A DNA stretch of 63,838 nucleotides, filler included, from Bigelowiella natans CCMP2755 (taxonomy: Eukaryota; Protista; Cercozoa), in NCBI GenBank assembly GCA_000320545.1. It is 4 parts of 4 records of this genome, joined end to end, with 100 filler letters (N's around TTAATTAATTAA, not from the genome) between each part and the next. Parts side by side here need not be neighbours in the genome. Positions count along the whole stretch, not along the records: positions 1 to 28,846 come from ADNK01001611.1; positions 28,947 to 48,538 come from ADNK01002132.1; 2 more parts are not named here. One strand, 5' to 3'. Each line of letters begins with the position of its first letter. Positions within the stretch are counted from its first letter, which is position 1. Under the pieces are notes generated by a model. That model ran no database searches, was not told where the DNA came from, and saw nothing but the letters and a program-made list of their open reading frames with translations. Positions 25,521 through 37,368 of the stretch are shown piece after piece. The translations under genes were made by a program, and so were the position numbers.

Positions 25521-25607
25521 ACGGATGTAATAAGGTGATTAAATCTTTCAATAGTTAACTAGATAGTCATCCTAATGTAGCTATGCAAATAAGAGGCGGC
25601 TACAGCG
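25521..25607 (+). repeat. Dispersed non-coding element, copy 1
   Basis: ACGGATGTAAT..TGATTAAATCTTTCAATAGT..CTAATGTAGCTAT..CTACAGC, similar to 42397-42467. Confidence 0.7.
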
Positions 25608-26906
25608 TCTAGGTTCTGTCCATTTGTCTCGTCGATCTATTGTGTGTTTCATGCATTTGAAAGCATCTGCATCTTGTCGTCGATGTCGTGCGATGCGCGC
25701 AGCTGTGCATGCATGCCACTTTTTCAGCTTCAGTTAGTCGTTTCGTGTCGTCATTTCGATTCATTATAGGGACATATATGTCCATATACGTGTACGCGTA
25801 AGGAACACATGTACCCATGCACACCACATGTACCTAAAAAGCACACATGCTCTGTTCACATCCACACATGCACCAAACAAGCCACTACACATGTAATGGT
25901 ACACATGGATGCATGTATGTACATGTGAGCGCTATCATTTGGCACAGCATGTAGCTATGGGTACATGTGAAGTACGCGATGTACACATGTCGTAGACGGC
26001 TACACGTATAGGGACATGTATGTCCATATATCATGATGGCATTCAATTGGTTTCGTAATCTGATCGAGCTGTTATGCTGTGGCACGACATGCTATGTGTC
26101 GTGTGCAAACAACAGTGCAACCTTGTTCGTACGCACTACGCTAGGGCGCCACGTGGGCGCTACTACGGCCATGCGAGCTACATGTGAGCTACATGTAGTA
26201 ACGTCGCTCATATTTTGCTTCCATCCATGCCATATCTAAGTATGTGCACGTGCATGCGATCAGAGCTAGCAAGCGGCGCGGTGCAAACAACTCTGCGATG
26301 CTGCTACCTGTTACCTGCGCGTCTGTACCGCTTAGCTATAATAGCGCACTACTTTGTTTGAATATGCAAGACGAGGTATATTAGCCATTTGTACAAACTA
26401 ACCTAATCATGGCTGGGTATATATATGGGCTGTAGCAGTGTAGCATATATCTCAATATACGTAGCAATTGTCTGGGCGACATCTACGTATCTAACAATAA
26501 TAATGAAACACTGTACATGTGTACGTATTTGCTGCTGATGATCTTCGTCATTATACACACACACGATGCAATTGTCGGCAAACGGCCATTATCGCCATGA
26601 TGCAGATATGTCTCGATCTATCTCTCAATGCGCGGTGATACTTTCCACTACAGTTGGCCTTTGCACGATCAGATCTGCTCGCTACGTTGTGTTGTATCGG
26701 CTCAATGGCGGTGGGAAAGGAAGAGAGATCGTTGGTGTATTTGTTCTTGCTGCGGGGTCCACTGATCCGCGCACGCTCCCGGCAGGAGACAACCTATCCG
26801 CTCTCTGCAGTTTAATCGTAAATTATCTCATTTTTGTGTCGTCGTAAAAGATACAATGTTTGCGAAATCTCGAGCAGCTAGAATTGCCTACGAACGCTGT
26901 CCTGCG

Positions 26907-28231
26907 TTACACACCGTCATATTGGGTGTGTCGCAGGACAAAATCAATCGATGCTTTCAGCACCATCATACTTTTTTCTTTTTCGCAAAAAGCATTTTAT
27001 AGCAACATGAATCGTACTGTATAAATGGAAGCAGCATCCCTCTCCATCGGGGTGTCTGCATCTGTAGAGAATGCAAATCGACGATCAGTGACCATAAGGA
27101 TTAACGATGAAACACTTCTGAAAGGGGGGGGGGGAGGGAGAACAGAAAGCTTTGCAAGTGTTGATAGCAATGCCACGGGGTTCCGCACCCTGCGACACGA
27201 CGCATCGCGCGGCATCAGGCCGTATATCAGACTGTTGTTTTTGTTGTTTTTCCTCACATGAAAGCAGTGTGTTGCTAGTCGGGAGGTCAGCCATGCCTTC
27301 TACATTGGTGGTGGCGTGGGAGGGGGGTGGAGGGGGTACAGGAGGAACGTAAATATCAGTTTCTACTACTTGAATCGACGGTGGGTGCTGGATTGTGGGA
27401 AATGGTCGTGTTTTAGGGAAAAAAAAACATGGCATTACTACGACAGCCAACCTTCTAATATTGCTTATATGCTCTTTTACCTTTGATAATGCTAATAGGC
27501 ACCGATTTTTCCTCCCCGTCCTGCGGAATTTATTGATGACCGGAAAGAGGGAAGGGGGGGGAGGGGGGTGGGGGTAGGGGGTGGCAGAAATTGAAAATTA
27601 TGGCAGTTGTAAGAAATACATTTCTCAGCGCGTTCGCACTTCTCAGCGTGCAGTGTATGCGAGAGCGCGCAATTCCACCCTTCCTTCAAACACTCCCTCT
27701 TTCAACGCGTGGGTGAAAGGGAGGGGGGAGACGGTGGGGCGGGGGGCGGGAATACTACCTCTGGAATTGTGCTAGTTCTTGCCGAGCTCCTACCCCCTCC
27801 TTCCCCTCCTCGTCTACTTCTACTCCTCTTGATGATTGTGAATACAGTCTTCATCACGTCGATAAACGTCAAAACTATGGATAAGAAAGATCGGAAAGAG
27901 GAGGGGAAGAAGACGAAGGAAAAGAAGGAAAAGAAGAGGGGGGGGGGGGAAAGGATAAGACGGAAGATCATTCGTTTGTGTGTATGCAGCTTGGAGGAAA
28001 TCACATGATACAATTTCTTACATTGCTAACGTATTCTTCTTTGTCTTTCCTTATTCGATTCTCTAATAGCTTAGCGCACTATATCCTCCCCCCCCCCCTT
28101 CCTCCAACTTTTTTGAATGCCACCGAACCATACCTGTCGCCGACTCTAGAAAGGCAACAGCACAAAGGAACCTACACACACACGCGCGCACACATACGAT
28201 TACGTTGTTGAATGCATGCATCAGTAATATA

Positions 28232-28272
<41 letters not shown>

Positions 28273-28690
28273 CACATAGAATACGTATGAGTGTGGGTGC
28301 TGTGATATAGAGTGAAACTTACGTGGTAACACAGAAGCCTCTATGGTCTAAATCGCTGTCGGGCACTATAACCGACTGCATCCGCCGTATGAACTGTGAC
28401 TCAGAGGACAGGAACATCGACCCGTTCAGCGCCAACGCCAAAGACTGACGCCACACGAGTCCCGATAAAAACACACAGGCGGTTAGAGGAAGGGGGGGGG
28501 GGGGGGAGGGGGGCTAGCCTGCTTCGCGGCACGAGGAAGGCTTTGAAAGAACAGTTAAATGGAAAAAAAAAAAAACGTCTTATAAGATAAATCCTCGGTG
28601 TTTTTTGGACTGGCTGCGCTATGAGGTGAGCTCTCAGGAACGTACGCGGCTGCGGCGCGCACATGCTCAGACTCTCCTTCTTGTCTTTGC
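26907..28690 (-). CDS. 3' part of an unidentified multi-exon gene, truncated by the gap
   Basis: Several short GT-AG-bounded open segments (DGEEKSVPISIIK; LIYGLMPRDASCRR; QTPRWRGMLLPFI|HMMVLKASIDFVLRHTQYDGV*) separated by microsatellite-containing introns. No family recognised. Confidence 0.35.
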
Positions 28691-28846
28691 TTTGGGCGTG
28701 CGAGCGAGCGATTGATTGACTGATTTGATTCATTTGATTGATTATGTGACTACCATTCCACACACAAGATCGTCCGCCGACAGGGCTTGCTCGTCGAACG
28801 CCCTGGAGAGGAGGGAAGGGGAGCAGGGGGGGGGGGAAGGAGGATG

Positions 28847-28946
28847 NNNNNNNNNNNNNNNNNNNNNNNNNNNNNNNNNNNNNNNNNNNNTTAATTAATT
28901 AANNNNNNNNNNNNNNNNNNNNNNNNNNNNNNNNNNNNNNNNNNNN
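28847..28946. other. Assembly gap with artificial six-frame-stop linker
   Basis: 44 N + TTAATTAATTAA + 44 N. Confidence 0.97.
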
Positions 28947-28953
28947 TTATACG

Positions 28954-28989
<36 letters not shown>

Positions 28990-29077
28990 ATAGTAGGGAA
29001 CTGTCCTCCTCCTCCTCCTTCTTCCATCCTCCTCCTCCTCATCGTCGTCCTGATCTAATTATCTACTGAATGCATAG

Positions 29078-30733
29078 CTACGGTGTCGAAGCTGCGAGAG
29101 AGGCGATTGTTTACCAGGTAGTGATGCTTCATACATGCATACCTGCGTTCGCATCATCCGTCATCGTTAAACTTAGTTAGTCGTGTACACTCGCATATTA
29201 CCGCATCATATACGCTATGTGTAGTTGCAGGATGAGTGCTGTAGCATGATCTTTCAATCCCACCCCCCCCCCTTTCTTTAGATTGGATCGGTCTTTGGCC
29301 ATTACGGAATTAACGTCGATAAAAGGCACCTTGGCCTCCTTGCCGACTACATGACGCATGATGGGGTCGGTAACCTAACACACGTGCGGCGTGGAGAATG
29401 TGTGTGTGTGTGTGTGTGTGTGCGTGTGTGTGCGTGCTGGTTGCACTATTAGTTAAGGCAATTCATCGTATGAGACATAATATAATAAAGCGCATGCGTG
29501 TGTGTGTGTGTGTGTGTGTTTCATGTATTCTTAGGGATATCGACCGCTGAACCGCCTCGGTACCTTCCCCCCCCCCCCTCTCTTTCCACCCATTTTACTC
29601 TATTCATCATTTGATTAATGTAAAAGAATGGGTTAGGAGGGGATGTTAAAATGTTTCTCTTCTTCCACTCCTCTCACTAGCTGGCCGCTTTATGGACGCG
29701 CTTTTATGCATACTTATAATAGTACCAACATTGCAATAAAATGACTTCATCTCTCTCTTATCTTGTTCGCGCCGTTGTTGTAATTCTATGTGTGCGCTCT
29801 CTTCACGTTCCCGTAATAGGCATCGAGGGAGGCACCGTGTCGCCATTTCAAAAGATAACATACGAGACTTCGACAAACTTCCTGCTTTCGGTTATTATTA
29901 ATATAACATAAAAAACAGTCGTTCATTCCTGAGAGTCACTTCTAGATTGAGTAAACCGCTTCTCCTTTCTCTTCAATCTTCCTCTTCGTATCCTCCCCCT
30001 CCTCCGTGTAAATAAAAGAACATTTGTATCATAATTTATGCTAATTGCAATAAAGCAATGCTTCTTCATCATCGTCGTCGTCATCATCATCATCATCATC
30101 ACCATCTCATCGATGTTGTGCACATCGGCAAACAGGCATGTGTTGATGGCTCATACGACCACGTAACAAACCCCTCGTCAAGGATTGTAATGGGAATACC
30201 TCCAAAATCAGGTAAAATGATAGTAATAATAATAATAATAATAATTATTACTATTATACACAATTTCTATCCATGAATCAACAGTAGTAGTAATAGTAGT
30301 AGTGGTGGTGGTATTACTTGTCCGGAAGAAGACGGACTACGGTACCTTAAACACACCGGTGACTTCCATGTTGTTGCCGTGTGTTGTGGGCCAAAAATCG
30401 TCGATTTCTTCCCGTTACAGTTTCGGAGTCCGACTTGAAAATGATAAGTTGTTAGTACTTTCCGTCGTCTTCTTCTTTTTTTTCTTCTCCTTCTCCTTCT
30501 TCTTGGTGGAAGATGGTAGGTGGCAGTTGGCTCTTTTTGTAGCCTAGGAACTATCGTTTCTCTGAGATTTTCTTAGTCCATTTGTCTGATCCAACCCCCT
30601 CCCCCCCCCCCCCCTTCGTTCTTATTGTCTCACAGGAACTGGAGCGTTCGATCTACGTTACCATTTTGATGCCCCAGCAAAGCGGATAAAGGAGCGGAAA
30701 GAAATGGCCACGAAAATGGGAGGGGGGCTGTAG
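29078..30733 (+). CDS. RPA1: RNA polymerase I largest subunit, C-terminal exons (5' part lost in the gap)
   Basis: YGVEAAREAIVYQ|IGSVFGHYGINVDKRHLGLLADYMTHDG|GYRPLNRL|GIEGGTVSPFQKITYETSTNFL..|ACVDGSYDHVTNPSSRIVMGIPPKS|GTGAFDL..*. The RHL.LLADYMT and PSSRIV.G variants are Pol I-type. Confidence 0.88.
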
Positions 30734-31521
30734 TTGAAGATTGTGCTGGAAGAGCGCTTTGACTGCTACTGGACGTCTCCCTTAGCTAACGAGCGCATAC
30801 GGCAGGATTGCATGTTTGGGCTCGATTATAGTAGTCATAACCCAGTTTAGCAGCGGAGGAAGCACGTGATAGTGGACTACAGGGAATCATAATGTGCAGG
30901 CGCCGTTTTTCCAATGTACACAGTGAGTTTACGCTCAATGACAAATAGATGCCTCCGCTTATTCAAATCGATGTCTGGATGTGTTTACATATTGCGCCAT
31001 AGCTAGATATGTCATGTAGTGATCGACGTACATGCTAGCATGCATCGTGTACATGTAGATTTAGTGCGTAGTATCTAAAGCATATATACTTGGCTGCAAG
31101 TTACACAATTCCTGCATACGTGCTAGCATGTGGCTGCGCACATTCTAGCATTTGCACGTGTGATAATTGTATAATTGTGTATTACAAGTGCTTTTCAAAC
31201 AGCAAGCAGTAAACTATATGTCAAACTTATGGTACGCTCACGCACATGCTAGCATGCTGCTTGCGCATCGCAGCATGACAATAAACAACAATATTATGAC
31301 ACGGTGTATACCGTGTCTAAAGTCATGCACACATGCCTAAATGCGTGCCAGCGCTGCTGTACGCTTACTAGACGTGCACTGCGGCTACACCTACAGCGCG
31401 CATGTACGTAAACAACTAGCTAACCTAGAAAAAGATATTTGTCGCGTTTTATTTCTTCATATGAATGTATAAATGATGGTGAATTCGATCTGCATGTGCA
31501 GCACTCTTATTTTTCCTCCTC

Positions 31522-34272
31522 CTACAAATCAGACTGGATGGCAGTGATAACAGCGGTATTGACGATGTCCTTGACCTTGGCACCTCTACTGAGATCATTC
31601 ACCGGTTTCCGCAGCCCGAGGAGAATGGGCCCGACCGCTATGCACTTGCTGGTCTGCTGGACGCTCTTGTAGCCGGTGTTGCCCGAAGTGAGGTCGGGGT
31701 AAACGAGCACGTTTGCACGACCGGCGACGTGGCTATTCTCCAGCTTAATAGCTGCCACAGCGGGGTCGACGGCCGCGTCAAATTGCAAGGGCCCCTCTAT
31801 GAGCTCCTTGTCCATGAAGCCCTCAGCCTCCGCTGTTCCCCTTGCGATCTCGGTAGCCCTGATGACTTTATCGATCAACTGGCCTGAGTTTGAGTCTCCT
31901 GTTGCATAGGACAACATGGCGACGCGCGGGTGCATCCCGAACTGAATGGCGATTTTGGCCTGGCTGACGGCAATCTCCGCCAGCTGCTCGGCGGTCGGCT
32001 CTACGTTCAGCGCGCAGTCGCCAAAGCACTTGACGCCGTGCGGCAGCAGCATGAAGAAGGTGGAGCTGACGTTCGAAACCCCGGGCGACGTCTTGATGAC
32101 CTGCAGCGCGGGGCGGATGGTGTTGGCGGTGCTGTGTGCAGCGCCGGAGACCATCCCGTCGGCCAGGTCAAGGTACATCATCATCGTGCCGAAGTAGTTG
32201 ACGTCCTCGAGCAGGAGCTGCCGCGCCTCGAGCTTGGTCATGCCCTTCTCCTTCCTCGCCTCGTAGAGCGCCTCCGCCATCTCCTCCAGCTGCGGGAACC
32301 TCTCCAGGTCGTCCTGATCTATGTGTGTCACCCCGTCGAGCTCTACCCCGAGCTTTGTCTTGTGATCGGCCACCACGGAAGGTGTTCCGAGGAGGAGGAC
32401 CTTGCACAGCTTGCGCGTGGCAAGGATGCTTGCGGCCTCGACGATGCGGATGTCGTTGCCCTCGGGGAGGATGATCGTCTTCTGAAGCGAGCGCGCTTTG
32501 CCGAGCATGAAGTGCTGGAACAGCTTCGGCCCGATGTCCCCGCCTCCCGTCTCCTTCCTCTCCTTCGCCTCCTCCTCCCGGTCCTCCTCGATGTCGTCAA
32601 TGAACATGTCGATGAATCGCTCGTCGAGGTGCTGGTCAACAAGGGAGCACGTCAGGCTGATCTTCTCGATGGAGTCTGCCGTGAGGAAGACGGGGGTGGC
32701 TTTGATGGTAGAGATCGTTTCGAACGTGTCCTGGCGGGAGCCAATCACGGGGACGTTGACCCTCCCCAACCCGTCGAGAATGTTTAGAACGTGCGGTGAG
32801 ATGTCATTCCCCTTGTAGGAAGTGAGCAGGATGCCAGAAATCTTGGGCACATTGCGGCTCTGCATGGCGAGCAGCAGCGACATGAGGACGTCCGTCCTGG
32901 TGGAGTGCGTCACGATGAGGGTGCCCTCAAACTCGTCCATCATCTCCAGAAAGTTGTCGACCGTGACGGTGAATATCTTCATCTTGCTCACAATGCTCCC
33001 AGTAAGGTCCTTGCCATAGAGCACGGTTGCGTCCAGCATTTTTACGACCTCGGCTACGTTTCTCTTGTGCAGCATCCCCTCGTACGGCAGCAGCGCGATC
33101 GGGTCAAGTCCCACCTCGGCCAGTTTGCGCCTTTCCTGTTCCGCAGCAGCTGCGAAGTCGACGACTGCCGATGCTGCAATGCTGGCATCCTTTCCTGTTT
33201 CTTCGTCCTCCTTTACCACCACCACCTCCTCCTCCTCCTCCTTTTCCTCCTCCTCCTCCTCCTTGATGCTAAAGCTGCTGCTCCTTTGTCTGACCCCCGA
33301 CACTATGACCCCTGCGACATCGGCTGCCTGTTGGTCAAACTCCTTCTTGGCCATTGCCAGCTCGTCTTCTGAACCCTGGTCGGCAATCAACACCGCTGGA
33401 ATGCCGAGCGCCTGGGTCATCCGCGCGGAGATGTTCAAGTCCTCACTGCCGAAGCGCGTGTTGGACACGAGAGTAAAGTCCTTGTCTTTGGTGTATGCGA
33501 TGTACTTATCGAGGATTCTCTCGTACATCTGGTCAGTCTCTTCGTGGACGATGTAATCCATTGCCTCCTCAGCGGTGACGCCGTACATGGTCTCCTCCGC
33601 TTCGGAGTCGAGGCCAAAGTGCTCCCTCATCAGGGAGATCTTGAAGTCATCCTCCGCCGCAATGCAGCGGAAATAGCCGCACCTCTCCAGGCGAGAGGAG
33701 AAGACCTGTAGGAGGGACAACTCCTCGTATGCATTGTAAGTGCCTTCTAGGGAATAGACGAAAAGCGACCTGCACGATGCGTTCGTGTAGGTTTTCGGCA
33801 GGGAGAAGGTGCGGGAGGTGACAGCAGGCGTCTTCGCCTCCTCTTCTTTCAGCACCCCCGACGCCTCTACGGACTGGAGCGCAATGGAAAGCTCTTCATT
33901 CGTGGGAACGACGAGGATGCGTGTCTTCGATACGATGGAGCTGATCTCGGTCGGTCCTTTACTGCGAAGGGCATTCTTGGTGGTATCAAGCTGAATCCCA
34001 AGACTCTCCAGGCCCTCGAGCACTCTCGCTCTTATGTCGCCGGCGTTTTCGCCAACCCCACCCGTGAACACAACGGCATCGACCTCACCGCCAAGCTTCA
34101 CTATGTACGACCCCAGGTACTTACGCACCCGTTCCACGAATACGTCGAAGGCGAGCTTGGCGTCAGCATTTCCGTCCGCTGCCGCAGCAGACAAAGCGCG
34201 AAAGTCGTTTGAAGCCCTAGAGAGGCCTAGAATGCCGGATTGCTTATTCAGAATACTGTCCACCTGCAAATA

Positions 34273-34338
<66 letters not shown>

Positions 34339-35596
34339 ATCGATGCAACAGCAGCAGCAGTCGGTAACTATAGCCAGTGATGATTACTATGAATAACGAG
34401 GATTGGGGACGGCTTCGACAGCTCGCCACGGAGTGTGTGCGTTTGTAGCGTGTTGTATGTATGCGTTCTTGGGGAGGAAATGCTGTGGACCATAATGTTC
34501 CTCATAATTGTACAGTGCAGTGCGTAGTTGTTGCGTCGGTGTGATTTAGACGGAGACAAACAAACCCTGTGGGGGTGGTGGTGTTTGTTATCCCGATGCG
34601 TCAATTGTATGTGTGGCTAGTACAGACTATCCCCCCCCCCCACACACACACACTCTATATTTCCTTACACACCTCTGTCGCAGAGTACCCTCCCTGCTCC
34701 ATCAGGTAGACAAGAATACCAGGATCAATATCACCTGACCTCGTACCCATCACCAGGCCCTCCGCAGGGGTCATCCCCATGGTCGTATCAATGGAGATTC
34801 CTCCCTTCACGCAGCACATCGAGGCGCCAGAGCCGAGGTGGAGGATGATGAGATTGGGGGCTGGATTGTCGAGATACTCTGCACACCGCTCCGACACGTA
34901 CTTGTACGATGTTCCGTGGAACCCGTAGCGGCGCACCTTCAGGTCATCATACAGCTTCCTAGGTACTGCGTAATGGTAGGAGGAGGGAGGCATAGTGGCG
35001 TGAAACGCGGTGTCGAACACGGCGACATGGGGGGGGTCAGGTAGGAGGGACATTGCTGAGTGGATTCCAAGGATGCCCGGCGGGTTGTGGAGGGGGGCGA
35101 GGCTTGAGTGCTGTTTCACCACTTCCAGAACATCTGGTGTGATAAGGGTCGGCTGGGAGAATACTGCACCTCCGTGCACAACTCGATGGCCAACCGCCCC
35201 AATCTGGGAAAGATCGACAGGAAGGTTCTCGGTAATTGCTGCCAGGCAAGCGGTATGATCGGCGCCAACGGGCACGGAAACCTCCTCGCCATTCATCTTC
35301 AGGGTTACGTCCGGCTTCGCCACCTTATCGGCAACCCCATTGGATAGGAGCACGCCCTGCAGCTTCTGCGTGGAGGGATCGCGGTTTACGTCGTAAAGTG
35401 AGTACTTGAGAGTAGAGCTTCCCGTGTTGAAAGTTAATGTGTGGATTCCCATTGCCATGTATCGAGGATTTGCCTTTCTCGTGCCCCGTCGCCCAGAAGC
35501 AGTCGGTGACATGAGCCGAGGACGTCCGACCGTGCGGTTTGAACACTGAGGAATGGCTGAATCGACTTTTTTGAGGTAAAATCTCGCTTGCAGCAT
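31522..35596 (-). CDS. ackA-pta: Acetate kinase - phosphate acetyltransferase (class II-like Pta) fusion protein, about 1221 aa, 2 coding exons
   Basis: Exon 35596-34673 joins exon 34263-31522 through a phase-0 GT-AG intron (SATE|VDSILNKQSG). AckA motifs: NTGSSTLKY, GHRVVHGG, LAPLHNP, FDTAFH, RRYGFHGTS, HLGSGAS, MGTRSGDIDP, FTGGVGEN, PTNEELSIA. Then a degenerate BioD-like/DRTGG region, then PTA_PTB motifs: IILPEGND, DGMVSGAAHSTANTIRPALQ, FGDCA, GPLQFDAA, GPILLGLRKPVNDLSRG. Confidence 0.93.
34277..34334. repeat. (TA)n microsatellite in the ackA-pta intron; representative of many intronic (TA)n, (CA)n, (GA)n, (TAG)n and (CAT)n tracts
   Basis: Direct inspection. Similar tracts at about 66-128, 3515-3553, 11498-11531, 13023-13101, 46718-46761, 47435-47530 and 57633-57755. 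Confidence 0.95.
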
Positions 35597-37368
35597 GCCT
35601 GCGGTGGGGGGATGCCTATTGTTGGCAAATACAACTGAGAAAAGCATTTCCAGAATTTTGGAGGGGGGTATCATGTATCAGTTGGAAATAATGGTAGGAT
35701 AATGACATGCACCTAGAATGAAGCCCAGATCGGCCCGGCTACCTCGACTTCCCTCCTCGTTCAAGCTACGCCGAGCTGGGAGGGTACAACCCACACTCTA
35801 GGGTTTAAATGAACACCTGCTGCTGCTGCCGAATGGAGGCCATTTTCATCAAGTTTGGTCAATTTCGGGTTCAAAAAGCGCAAAAGGCAAGCTACTGCTT
35901 TTGTTAGGAGAGTGGTCTCAGATCTAAAAAGTATCAGTCCGGTTGCTCTAATCAGGCACCAAAGACAATGAAACTGGGAATGGAGGAATGGCTAGAATGC
36001 CGTTCTTGATTCCTTTTGGTTTCACTAGTTAGTCCTCACTGAAGTTAGTTCGAGGCACTGCGTTTCGTTTCACTGCAAATGTCTTGCCACATTTTGGAAA
36101 TGCAGTTCATCATCATTGTTCATTGTTCATTGTCAAAGGGACGTGCTGCAATTGACGTGCTGTGAGTTTGCATGCTGCACGTCTGTCGTCTGATGGTCCT
36201 TTCGAAACAACCTTTGAAAACACTTCATTCATTCATTCATTCATTCATTCATTCAAGCACATCTGATGATCCTTGCTCAATTGCCACCATTGTTGAATGC
36301 ACTCCACTCATTCGTGCTCCACGCTGGCATGCTGACGTGTTCACTGTCAGCACGTGCACGTGGCTAGCTAGAGGGTCGCTGTGCACGTCTAGACGTGGTG
36401 TTCCTGTCTAGCTGTCACACATGTGGCCAACAGACGTGCGGACACCCACATCTAGACGCATCCATGTGGACATTGCTAGATTGGATCACTTCGTTCGCAG
36501 TGCAATTGTCAGTGCCACGCACTGTGAAGGGCTCTCTCCACTGCTGGATTGCGCCACGCCGCGTGCGTTTGGAAGTGGTCTAGTGGTGCATGTGCATGCC
36601 GCTGGCTAGCTGCTGGTGGTTCACAACAACGCACAGCACCACATCTGAACGAACACGCTAGCACGGCACGCACTGCACATGCGCATGGCGTGGGCAACTG
36701 CTGTCGCCTGCATCGGCGCACGTGCGCACGGGATGCAGCGTCGTGTGCGTGTTCATCTTGTTCGCACATCGTTCAACGCAACGTTGTGCAGCAAAACGAG
36801 CAGGCTGATAGGCTAGCAGGTTGAGGCACAAACTCCTCTTGCTTGTTGCTGTTGTCACGTCGCAGAGCTTTTCGCAGTCACTGCGTGACAAGCATCAGGA
36901 CAGTGCATGGCGGCGTCATTCGAACGACACACGTGCAGACATGGCAACTTCCACACTGTGACACGCGCATCTGGTGCTGATGCTGCGTGCTGTTCTGCAG
37001 TTCAGGCAAAGTTGGAGGATCGCCAATTGGCAGCAGAGCTCTGGAGCTGACTCAATTTTCAGAACAATGCGAAAATGTACACGGACACGTCATGGCATTG
37101 ATCTCGTACGTGCGCACGCTAGTGCGACATGGTGACGGCATGACGCGAAAGCGTGAATGAATGACAGCATGAAATGTTGTCTTCTCCTTCAGCACACGCA
37201 GTCTATCAGTGCGGTGCGGCCGTTTCAGATGGAATTGTCAAACAAAAAGAAAGCAACGCAACCTCATGGTGTATGCCAAGTGGCCATTTTGAGATGATGA
37301 GTGAATGAATTCTGGTCATCGCAAGTCATGTGGTTTCCAGCTACGTGGTATGACAAGTGTTGCATCGT

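Noticed and set aside
28891-28902. TTAATTAATTAA repeated three times (also 48583-48594 and 61855-61866) as a biological motif
   Set aside because: Always centred in 44+44 Ns; it is an artificial all-frame-stop contig linker.
31930-32787. 285-aa antisense ORF, and similar ones opposite FAN1 and PPDK
   Set aside because: Shadow ORFs produced by GC-rich codon usage on the coding strand.
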